DNA of 64,000 bases, from NCBI RefSeq assembly GCF_009914755.1, contig NC_060933.1; one strand, given 5' to 3'. The notes below the pieces were generated by a model. That model was not told the DNA's origin, did no database searches, and saw only the letters and a program-made list of their open reading frames with translations. This document shows positions 38,316 through 49,925 of the stretch, one piece after another (positions within the stretch are counted from its first letter, which is position 1; each line of letters opens with the position of its first letter). This stretch comes from the human T2T-CHM13v2.0 reference genome, Homo sapiens. The position numbers were made by a program, and so were the translations under genes.

Positions 38316-41132
38316 CTGCACGGGGGACCGCCAGCACCTGGGTGAGCCAGCACGTGGACTGGGGACCCCCGAGGAGACTTGAACCCAGGTAGGACTAAGG
38401 AGTGCAGGGTCCATATGAGGAAATGGTGGGGAAATGTCCCGGGAAATGGCGGCCATTTGTCCAAATGCCGCCTGGGGAGCGGCCCGGCCTGGGGAGCATA
38501 AGACTGCCAGGAGGCCTGAAGGTGCCGCGGGAAAGGACGAAATGTTGGCTTACCCAAGGGGCAGAAAAAACTGAGAGGATTCCGGTGCGTACCAGGCACC
38601 GAGGGAATCGGGGGGTTGGGCAGAGTCTCAGTGGGGAGAAAGAGGAGAGCAGCTCTGCATGCACCGGGGCATGGCCCAGGAAGCTGAGGGGTGGGAAGCC
38701 ACCAGGCACACTCACTATTTTCTTCCACTTCATCCTCCGATTCTGGTACCACGTCTTCACCTGCAACTGGCTCAGGCCCAGGGACTCAGCAAGATCTATT
38801 CTGGAAAGAGCAGGGCGCACCCTCAGCAAGGCAAGTGACCACACTCCCACAGCCCGCTGGCCCCAGCCTTGTACCGCCCTACCTGTCCGGCGTGGAAAGG
38901 TACTTCTGCTTCTCGAAGCGTTTCTCCAGGCCCATCAGCTGCAGCTCGGTGAACACAGTGCGGCTCCGACGCCCCTTCTTGGCTTTGGTGCCTGGCTCCC
39001 CAGGGCCTGCCGCCTCCAGCTTCCCGCGGAGCTGCAACTCGAGCGGCAGGTGTGGCGCACCCGCGGCGCCGGGCAGCCCGGGCCCTGCCGCCAGCAACGC
39101 AGAGCTCAGCCCTGAACAGCCCAGCGGCGCCAGTGGGAACTTGAACACCGCCGCCTGCTCGGCCTTCAGCACGGCTGCGAAGAAAGAGAATGAGGACCCG
39201 GTGAGCTACGGCCGCGCTCCTCTGCCCCAGGGACTGCCGCACCACGTGCCGCGGGGGTGCTCGCGCTTGGCCAGTGCCTCCCAGCGCAAAACCTCCACGC
39301 CCTGCCGGTCGGCGCCGGTGGCGCAGATGGAGACCCTCCTCAACGTTGCCGTTCCCCAGATTTGGGAGGGAGTATCTCCTCGACCCTGTCCGTGTTCTGT
39401 CCTGGAGTTCCCCAGGCCTCAGCTGCCTCTGAGATCTCGGGGTTCCTGATGAACATGTTTGCAGCTGCGAGAAACTCGGAGTGTGTCTTGTCTTTCGGGG
39501 AAAGTAGAAACCAAAAAGAAAACGGCAGCTGGTCCTAAGAAGATGGCGTTTGCTCCAACCAAATCAGCCTTGCTGCGTTAGAAAAAGAACATGCACGGAG
39601 CGTGCACATTTGCTCTTCCGTGCGTGGCACAACAGCCATGCGGTGGCCAGGAGTCATCTGGGCCGGAGTTGGGTGCTTCCCGGAAATTCCAAAGTACCCT
39701 GAGAACCTGGAAATTATTGTTCACGTTTTCTATTTTCAGACGCTTCCCCATGCAGATGTTTCCATTTTCTTCAGTCCTAAAATGATTGTGTGCCCGCTTC
39801 AAACGAATTAGTAGCAACAGAGCAGATGGAGACGAAAGGTAGCCGAATGGCCGAGTCCCAGTTGGACTTAGAAGGAGCGCGCTGGCCCTGCCGTCTCCAG
39901 GCTAGGGAGCACAGACTAGGAGGTGGGGGGGTGCAGGGAAGGCGACTTGAAGGGCTGGGGTCCCGGCTACAGCGTAGGAGCCTCCCTTCCCCGACAGGCC
40001 TGTCACTGAGGTGCGAGTCCTAGCCTGGCTGGAGTCGGAAAGGGCAGGGCAAGGCGCAGGTAAATGTGGGGCAGAGGACCCGTAGGGAAAAGGTGGGAGA
40101 TGGGAGGCAGGCCGACCCCAATGAGAGAAGCGAGGGAGGCCGACCGGCAGACGGTTGGAAAGCGAGATAGGGAAAGACAAGACGAGGGTGGAGTGCGATG
40201 GAGACAGCACCATCAGGGCAGAGCAGGCCCCGCCAAATTAGAAGAAAGGGCAGAAGCTGAAAAGGTCTGCGCAGGCCGTTCAAGCCCTGCAGAGGCCCAG
40301 CCGACCTGAAACCAGAAGGGACAGCCAGGCAGCTGCTCACAGTCAGGCCTCTGGCCCCAAGGCAAGGCCGAAGCAGGTCCGCACTGCGGCCAAGGCCGCG
40401 TTCCTCGCCCGCTGGAGCTCCCGGGGACTCCGGGCCGGCTTGGGCCCGCGTCAGCACCCAGCCCTCGGGAGCGCAGGCCTCCTCCCCAGAGGTCCGACTT
40501 CCCTGGGTTGGGCAGCCGCGGCCACTCCCGGCCATCCCTCTGCGGCGAAGCCCAGGCGCCCGTGGCCTGAGGTCGCTTCCACCCACGAGAGTCCGTAGCC
40601 TGGCAGTGCGCCTGCACTGGGGATGCTCACTCGGGGTCCCCGGGCTGGAGGCCGAAGGGAAGCAGTGAAGGAAAGAGCGAACACCCTCCCCGGGCGGCCC
40701 GCGGGCACGAGGCCTGGTTTCTGTGAGGCCTGGAGCTTGCACCCTCCGCCTCCCGCCTGGAGGGCTCCGAGAGACGGTCCCAGAACCTGCGCTCCCAGAG
40801 CAGCTTCCCGGGGCTGCTTCGATGCCGGAGGAGGCTCGGGGCGCCCCCGCGGTTCAGCTCGCTGTCTCCCGCCAAGCCCGGCCCGCGACCCCGCGGCCGC
40901 CACACGTACCCAGGTGGCTGTGGAAGGGCCGCGCCGCCAGCAGCGCCTGCACGCCGAACTTCAGCAGCTCGCCCGCCGCGGCAGCGGCGGTTGCGGGCGC
41001 GGCGCCCTTGGGCCCGGGTGGCTCCGTGAGGATCTCCTCAATCATGAAGCTGCGATAGCGGTGCGGCCGGTGGTCCGCGCAGCCCTCGGGCGGGCCGAAG
41101 CGCGCGGCGCCCGGCTCCCCCGGCCGCTGCAT
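38151..41132 (-). CDS. BARX1: BARX homeobox 1, spliced CDS join complement(38151..38315,38716..38800,38883..39174,40910..41132), 254 aa
   Basis: Exons of 223+292+85+165 nt give 765 nt in frame: [15 protein letters not shown]...[10 protein letters not shown]...[59 protein letters not shown]...PSDRSRED*. The homeodomain has the Bar-class TWYQNRR and all introns are GT-AG. Confidence 0.98.
38716..38800 (-). CDS. BARX1: BARX1 coding exon 3 (homeodomain helices 2-3)
   Basis: Acceptor CTTTCCAG|A; donor ATA|GTGAGT; encodes [28 protein letters not shown]. Confidence 0.97.
38883..39174 (-). CDS. BARX1: BARX1 coding exon 2 (to homeodomain helix 1 and loop)
   Basis: Acceptor TTCGCAG|CC at 39175/39174; donor GACAG|GTAGGG at 38883/38882; encodes [13 protein letters not shown]...KYLSTPD. 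Confidence 0.97.
40910..41132 (-). CDS. BARX1: BARX1 coding exon 1 (M1-L74; eh1/FIL motif, poly-Ala)
   Basis: ATG at 41132 in context GCCGCGATGC; donor CTGG|GTACGT at 40910/40909. Confidence 0.96.
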
Positions 41133-41212
41133 CGCGGCGCCCACTGCTGCGCCCGCGGTTTGGCGGCGGCGGCGGCGACGGCTTGGCTCCGGCGCGGGGC
41201 CCGCGCGGGGCT

Positions 41213-41257
41213 CTAGGCCGGCCCGCAGCTCGGGGCGGCGCGCGGGCGCCGGCTCAT
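41213..41257 (-). other. Upstream ORF in the BARX1 5' leader ([14 protein letters not shown], 14 aa), out of frame with the main CDS
   Basis: GGGGGCATGAGC...GCCTAG read by hand; ends 80 nt before the main ATG; it is in the mRNA only if the TSS is above 41257. Confidence 0.6.
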
Positions 41258-41299
41258 GCCCCCTCCCCCGCCGGCCGGCCGGGCGGAGGCGCAGGGCGC

Positions 41300-41800
41300 G
41301 GGCGGGGCGCGCGGGGCTCGGCCGGTCGAACCCGGGACTGCGCCCCCTCCCCACGCCGCCGCGCCTCTTGCCCGGCCAGCCCCGCGTCACCGCCCCGCCC
41401 CGCCCCGCCCCGCGCCGCCGCCCCCAACCCCTAGGCTGAGCCGGAGGGAGGGACCCAGAAGGGAGGGAGGCGGAAGGGAGGCCAAAAAGGAGGGGGCCAC
41501 GTGAAAGAGGCCGGCCGACCGAGACCGAGGGAGACTGAGCGGAGCGCACGCCCTGGAAGGAGAGAGCCGGAGAGTTCGGGAGGCAAGACCCCCAGAGACG
41601 AGAGTCGGAGGGATCAAACGACACAGGTGAGAGAAGGGGCAGAGGCAGACGGCGTGGGCCAAACAAGATTCCAGACAGTGATGTGAGGGCACCAGAGACG
41701 CCACCGAGATGTGCGCAGAGAGACCAAAAGAGGCGTGAGAGCCAGCGGGCTGTGACGTGACGGAGGGCACAGAGGCAGGCGGGGCAGAGGAAGGGGGCGG
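41300..41800. promoter_or_regulatory. BARX1 TATA-less CpG-island promoter (tandem GC boxes, E-box, CRE-like sites), probably bidirectional
   Basis: (CCCCG)n at 41391-41413, GCGTCA near 41384, CACGTG at 41498-41503, TGACGTGA at 41753-41760. Confidence 0.75.
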
Positions 41801-44199
41801 TAAAGAAATGGGAACAGCTAGAAAACCGGCGGCTTGATCGGCTTTTAGGTAGCCCCGGAAAGGTCGGGAGGAGGAGGGGCAAAGGCCGCGCTCCTCAGCT
41901 GGGAAGGAGGTGGTCTCAAGCAGCCTCCAGTCCCGGGCTCAACACCGCCAACCCGGCAAGGGTGAGGCAGCGTTCAGGGATGCAAGGGGCAGAGCGGTAG
42001 CGGCACCTGTGCACCCCTCCCACCTCTGCCTCAGTTTACCATGTACGGCCTCATTTCTCTCCGGGCTGCCCTGAGAGAAAAATGTTCTCCAGCCGAGATT
42101 TGCTTGAATTGGAAATTCAAGTGATCCATGGACACATCCTCCTTGACAGCCCCCAGAAGACTGTAGGCTGGTTACATCCCCCTAGTTAGAAAAGGAAAAG
42201 GATTCGAGGAGAAGGGAAGGATGCAGCTTTGCCTTTTCCCAGCTTTGGGGCATCAAGAAACTGTTACTGGGCGGAGTTGGGGCCAGGGGGCCACTGGGTG
42301 CTCTGAGAGTGTAAAGACCAAACTCTGGTGGGACCTGGCTCCATTGCGGAGCCTCAAAAGCTCCAACATGGTGGAGGAAGTTGGCAGTACCTTCTCTAGA
42401 TCTTTCTTTCCATCCTTAGAAGAGTATAAGCCCAAGCCGTGGAGTGAACAACCCCAAAGCTACCCTACGCTGAACTCCTCTCTTTGGTCCTGCCACTACT
42501 GGTGAAACCACTGACCCTTTCTGGGCCTGTTTCCTTACCTGTCCTGAGGAGATGCTGACCTTTGGCTCCAGAGAGACTGTGAGAACTCAGTGAGGGGGTC
42601 CTGCACTCCGAGGGTCCTGCACCCTGGGAGCCCTTAGGTCTGTTTGGAGAGAAAACAGTTCCTCCAGGCAAGAGGGGAGAAGTGTCCCCAGGAGGTTGGG
42701 GGAGGAGCATCTGCCCTCCTCCTTCTCAGGAATCACAGGGCCTACCTCCTAGCCCCATCCACCATTGCCAGTCAGCGCCTGATGCACTGGGGGTGTCCTG
42801 GGCCACCCGGACTTCCTCTGTGAGCTCCATGTGGGGCCTCAGTCTTTACCTCAGGTAACTAGGGCTTACCACACCTACAGCCATGCCCCCCACCCAAGTT
42901 GAAGTCCTTTCTCCAGCTCCAGCTGCTGGTGGGGAGGCCTTCAGGCTGGCCCTCAGTCCCTGGCACCTGCCCCAGACTCGGGAGTGGGGGTGGGGGGCAG
43001 GTGGGGACTAGGAAGTGGCCCAGATCCTTTGTCTGTAGGGCCTGGAGTGAGGACAAAGACTACCTTACTCTGGTAAGATCCCAGTCCCAAGAGCCCACTG
43101 TCTCTCCTTCCCAGTTGTTGCATGACTTTCTGAACTCAGAGTTACCATTGGGACTGAAAGAAGGTGGCCTCAATGGCCGCCAGTTGCTTCGGACTCCCTC
43201 GGAGAGTGGTGCTGTGAGCCTACATGGTTCTTTGGAAAGGGTGGAGAGGGGCGCACTAAGAGCAACAGTATCCCACACTGAGCAGGCCTCCTCCTGAGAG
43301 ACCAAGAGACCAGGAAGCTGGCCCTGTCGCTGTTGGCCAAGCAGCCACTGACATCCTACCTGGCAAATAGAAACAAGCCAGTGTCTCCTGGGAGGCTGGG
43401 GCAGCCCAGTCAGGCTCCCCCTATCAATGGGTAGACTCAGAGAACCCTCCCTAGATGAGTGCAATAGTATCACTCAATCCAACCATCTCCTTTTTCAGAT
43501 GGGAAACTGAGGCCCAGCAAGAGGCAGCCCTGGTGCAGGGACTCCAGTGAGTAGGGCTGGTTTACTATTGCTTCTTGTACAGAGCCATATCAAGCTCCTT
43601 TTCCCGGCTTCCTCCCTCACCTCCCCCATCTTAGCAGGGCCCCTGCCCCTTCCTCACCCCCTGGCTTCTGCATCTCCCTAAGGGCATAGCCTAGTGGTGG
43701 TTTCTCCCCTGAGTAGGCCCAGCTAGCCTCTGTCCCATCCCCTGTTATTTGGGCCCTAACAGAAGCTACCCAAATTTGAACCATCTCTGCCCCATGCTCA
43801 AGACCTGAGGGTCTCACATCCTCAAAATGGGTCCCCAGATTCCAGATCCAAGGATTTGGGGATCACACTGTTCATCAGCTGTCACTAAACTTATTTTACT
43901 ATGAGCCATCCCCCTGGGGTAGCTTCTTGGTCAGCTTGTGGGGAAGGGGGTCATTTTCAGGATGGAGGCCTCATCTCTAGATTTTGGGGAGTCGAAAGAG
44001 TAGTGCAGCCCAGCCCTCACCCCATTCCACAGGTGTGCACCCCCAGCTCCTTGGACTCTGGCCAGGACCATTTCCTGCAGCCCCAGGCCAGCCCTGCAGC
44101 ATGCGCAGAGGGTGGCTTTGGGAATGAGGCCCTGAGGGCTGGAAGGAGAATGCCCAGCGCCTAGGGAACTTTGGGAGACCGCAGCTGGCTCCAGGGGCT

Positions 44200-45650
44200 G
44201 AGAGAGCCAGGGTCCTGCCCCCGGTCGCCCAAAACACCTCCCTTGTAGGTCTGTCCCTGATCCCCCGGCTCTTGATAGACACAGCCTCCCCGTCGCCCGA
44301 CCCCAGGGCAAACCAGCAGATAAACCCCTTTTAGGCGAAAATTACACAAAAACGGCGGCGGCGGCGGGGCCTCCTCTGCTCAGGCACTGCCGCGTTGGCG
44401 GCCGAAAAAAGAGGGTCCCAGAGAAGGGGAACCCCCTCCCTGTCGAGGACACCGAGGCCCAGAGAGGGGAAGCCTCCTCCCTAGTGGGGTGCAGTCTGGG
44501 ATTGCAGTCCCCACCCCAGGGGCGCAGCTGCCAGCCCAACGCCTGGGACATACCCCCTCCCGAGGCCTCTAGCCGCCGCCGCGAAAATCCCGGAAACCGT
44601 CCTGCTCGCGGCGGGCGCAGTGGAAAAGGTGACCTCAGCGCCCCGGGCCAGCCGCCCTCCCTAGCAGCCGGGCGGCGAGGGGCTCCGGGCGGCAGGGGTT
44701 CCTCGGCGCCGCCCGGTCGCTGGATGAGGGGCCCTCGGAGCGCAGAACCGGCCCCCTCCCCACCCATGTTCTGCCCCTCAGACCCTACAGCCCCTTTGGA
44801 GGCTGCGGGACAGGGAGGGGACCACCTCATTCCCACAACCGAATCCCCTAAGCATTCAGGTGTAGGTTCCAGAACCACCTCCCCTCCACCCACACCCTTC
44901 TCCTACTCCAGCGCCTCCCAGACGGGATTGTGAAATGGCTCCGCGTGCGAACGGGTCCAGGAGCCGTTCGTTGTACAGAGGAGGAAGCTAAGTCTGGAAG
45001 GAGCACTCGAGCAGGCTCAGCGGCCAGCAGCCAGCGGCAGGGGGATCGTGCATCGCTTGGAGGGCGCTGGGCTCTCCTCCATCCGCCTCAGCCGTGGGCA
45101 GTTTGTTTCCGCTCCCACTTGCAGCGGGTCTGCATCTTAATTGGCAAAACGAAGTTGGGGCCGCGGTGGAGCGGAGGCTTCTTCCAGAACGGTCAGCTCA
45201 CCTCCGGATGCGGTCGTCCGAGCAGCCGCCTGCGGGGGGTCCCACGCCCTCTATCTAACAGGTTGACGTCCAGCCCCTAGGGGCCCAGGCGGCCCCGGGC
45301 CGCCCCACCTCGCGGCCTTCTGCTCCCCGCGCAGCCTTGCGCGCCCAGCCATCCAGCACACGGTCCGTCCCTGGGGACGCGTCGCGAGCGCCGGGAATGG
45401 AGCTCGTTTCCTCTTTTCTTTTTTCTTCTTCTTCTTTTTTTTTTTAAACCTTTGGTTCTGATTGTCCTTGGCCCAGCAGGCTGTTGGTGGCGTTGGTGGT
45501 GCTGCTGGGACTGGGGCACCGGCCTTGGCCGCAGGTGTGCTGTGCCCGACAGAGGCCGCCTGGACCGCGCCCGGAACGCCCTGTCCGGGTGGGCTGCGGC
45601 GTTCGCCCTGCTTTTGCCCCGAGCCGAGACTGGCAACATCTTTTCTAGCT
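44200..45650. promoter_or_regulatory. CpG island upstream of BARX1
   Basis: Dense CpGs; AGATAA and TAATTG motifs. Confidence 0.75.
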
Positions 45651-46012
45651 TCAAAACAGAAAATTTTGGAATTATAAAATTACCCCCTCCCCACGCTTAC
45701 AGGTCATTATCTCCTGGAGACCACCAACTCGCTTTCTCTTTGGAGAAGCCAGTCTCTGTGACCCTTTCTTTCATGAAAATTTCGAACTCAAATGTGGGCA
45801 TTCGTTTTGAGTCATTTCAAAGCCCTAGAAGCTCGGGGTCAAATTGTGTTTCGGGTGACAGCGCCTTTAGACACATCCCCCTCTCTTTCCAAGCTCCCCC
45901 TCTTGGAGCAATTTACAAATTTGTTCCTTTGGAATTCGCTACTTTATTTTTGTTTTGTAAGTTTTGTTGTTGATTTTTTTAATGTTTAATTTTCTATGGA
46001 AGTGTTAGTTTA

Positions 46013-47170
<1,158 letters not shown>

Positions 47171-48104
47171 CCAGACGCTCTGCAGATTTAATACGTTTAA
47201 TAGGCACAGAGCTCTTGGAGGGTTCTATAGCCTGTGTAGGGGGTGGGGAATTCTTTCCAGCTTGGGCAGCCTGGGGAGCTAGGCCTGGGATTGGGGAAGG
47301 GGTCTGGGCCCTGGCCCCTTAGCCAGGTGAGGTGGACCACAGCATCTCCTCCAGAATGTCTCCTGGTGGCAGGGAGGCCAGGCCAGATCACATTGGCCTG
47401 CCCACATTCCAGCAGGGACTCACACTTGCATCTGTCCTTCCTGACACAGGACTCTACTGTGGCTACCAGTCCTGTCTTCACCTGCCACCTCCCCCCTCCA
47501 CCACCCTGCCAGGACTGGAAGGGAGAGGGGGCTGGGTACTGCCTCCTCCAGCTGCACCTCCCACTGGGTGCTGCTCGGGAGGGGATGGAACAGGGGGCAT
47601 GGTGCTTCTTTTACAGGCAAGAGTTCTGGGGTCTAGGTGGGGAAAAGGAGGCTACAGCCACACCACCCCTCAGATGCCAGGCAGGATCAGCCTCTGGTAC
47701 CCTGGCTCCAGGCCAGCCCTCCTGCCTCCTGCTGGTTTGAACTGACTGAAGATGACACACGAAGAGGATGGGACAGGAGCTGGTGCCACCTCCACAGGCA
47801 CTGGGCTTCCCTGGGCCCCCTCTCCCATGTCACATCTGTACTTTCTGCCTTGTTCCTGCCTCTTGGTGCCAGGAATGGGCTTACAAGCCCAGTTCCCAAA
47901 TGGCCAAATTCCACATATTTGCAGATTGGCAAAGCACACAGGGGACCTCGAGATGAGCTGGACCCCTGGTTTGCAGACCTCTTCCTGCTACTGCCCTTGA
48001 GCAAGCCCATTTCCTGTCCAAGCCTCAGTTTTCCCAAATGAGAAAACAAGAGGGGGTTTTTAGGTGAATCTTTCTCCTTGCTAGTGTTAACAGCTTAGGT
48101 CATG

Positions 48105-48415
48105 GATTGAAAAACTTGTTCTGTAAAGGGCCATATAAGCAAATGTTTTAGACTTTGCAGGCCACATGGCCCTATTGTGGTGACTCAGCCCTGTCTTTGT
48201 AGTGTGAAAGTAGCCCTAGATAATGCATAAATGAGTGGGTATGGCTGTGTTCCAACCAACTTTATTTATAGATATGAAAACCTGAATTATATCTAATTTT
48301 CACATCGCAAAATATGATTCTTATTTTTTTTTCAACCACTTAAATATGTAAAAACCATTCTCAGTTTGCTGGCCAAACAAAAACAGGCAATGGGCCACAG
48401 TTTGCCAATTCTTGT
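48105..48415 (+). mobile_element. MER58B-like (hAT-Charlie)
   Basis: CTGTAAAGGGCCA...GGCTGTGTTCCAA...GGGCCACAGTTTGCC. Confidence 0.8.
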
Positions 48416-49122
48416 GCAGTTTCAATTATTCTGATAGCACAAATATTGCACTTCCATATCAGACTTGTTGCCTTATGTTAACATTTTTTTCTTTTAAATT
48501 CTTTTCTCCAGGAAAGCATCTATTAATTTAACAGTATTTGGGACTTAGGAACACAGAATCACCTGACTCATTTCCTACACCCATTTCTGAGTTCTCAACA
48601 ATTTAAATGTTTCCCTTATTAATACTATACCCAGACACCGGATTGCACAACGTACAATCACCCTCTCAATCCTTGCAACAGCCTTTGGAGTAGAAATAGT
48701 TTACCCTGCCTTCCAGCTCCTTGCACACCCCTGGAGACAGGGCGCTCACTCCCTTCAGTGGCTGCCTAACGAACTGCTGAGAGCCCAGTGACGTAGGCTT
48801 GACGCCCCTTAAGGGCGAAGGCCACCCCCGGCGACAGTGCTTCTTCCCAACCAGCCATTCCCAACCCCTGGCAATTCCATCTAAATCCTCTCCAGCTGTT
48901 GAAATGTGGATGGACAGGGGGCGGTGGCTCTGATTTTCTGGGAGTTTCCCAAGCCTTGAGCCTTTGCAGCTGCCAAGTGACAAATCTTGCAGGGACTAGG
49001 CAAAGGGAAAGAATATGACAGAAAAAATAGAGATTATAAATGTGTTGCTTGCTAGAAGTGTTTCCAGGAAATCTTGCTCACAGGGAGGCCTTATCGCCCC
49101 GCCCCCGCATCTTCCTTGGTTC

Positions 49123-49141
49123 TTGCGCCCTCTGCTGGTCA
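49123..49141 (-). promoter_or_regulatory. CTCF binding motif
   Basis: Minus strand TGACCAGCAGAGGGCGCAA matches the CCASYAGRKGGCRS core. Confidence 0.7.
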
Positions 49142-49189
49142 TATTGAGTCTTAACCATGCTCACTCGGAACCGTTCCACTTATAAAGGA

Positions 49190-49925
49190 AAACAAGACTG
49201 CATGATCTCACTTGTATGTGGAATCTAAAAAAGTTGACATCATAGAAATAGAGTGAAATGGTGGTTATTAGGGCCGGGATGTGAGGGAGAAATGAGAAGA
49301 TGTCGGTCAAAGGGTACAAACTTTGAGTTATAAAATAAATTCTGGGGATCTACGTACAGCATGGTGACTATAGTTAACAATCACGTATTGTGTGCTTGAA
49401 GTGTGCCGAAAGGGTCGGTTTTCAGTGTTCTCACCAAAATGGTAACTATGTAAGGCGATAGATATGTTAATTAGCTTGATTGTGGTGATCATCACGGTAT
49501 ATACATATACCAAAACATCACATTGTACACATTGAATACATCCTTTTTTTTTTTTTTTTTTTTTTTTGAGACAGGGTCTGACTCTGTCACCTAGGCTGGA
49601 GCCCACTGGTGCCCTCTCAGCTCACTGCAACCTCCACCTCCTGCGCTCAAGCAATCCTCCCACCTCCTGGGCTCAAGCAATCTTCCCACCTCAACCTCCC
49701 TAGTATCTGGGACTGCAGGTACACACCATGCCCGGCTAATTTTTGTATTTTTGGTAGAAACAGGGTTTCACCATGTTGCCCAAGCTGTTCTCCAGAACTC
49801 CTGAGCTCAAGCAATCTACCTGCCTTGGCCTCCCAAAGTGCTGGAATTACAGGTATGAGCCACCATGCCCAGCCATATATACAATTTTTATTTGCCAATT
49901 ATACTTCAGTAAAGCTGAGGGAAAT
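49190..49925 (+). mobile_element. L1MA/MB 3' end split by AluJ (49542-49873, minus)
   Basis: ATCTCACTTGTATGTGGAATCTAAAAAAG...GTACAGCATGGTGACTATAGTTAA. Confidence 0.85.

Larger units (their letters stand above)
36950..41990. promoter_or_regulatory. CpG island(s) spanning the BARX1 gene body and promoter
   Basis: Very high GC and CpG density by inspection. Confidence 0.85.

Noticed and set aside
38402-39449. Long + strand ORFs (237 and 252 aa) antisense to BARX1
   Set aside because: Shadow frames of GC-rich coding sequence; non-ATG starts and no recognisable domain
40854-41882. 342-aa ORF as a standalone gene
   Set aside because: It is BARX1 exon 1 plus stop-free GC-rich leader/promoter and intron read-through
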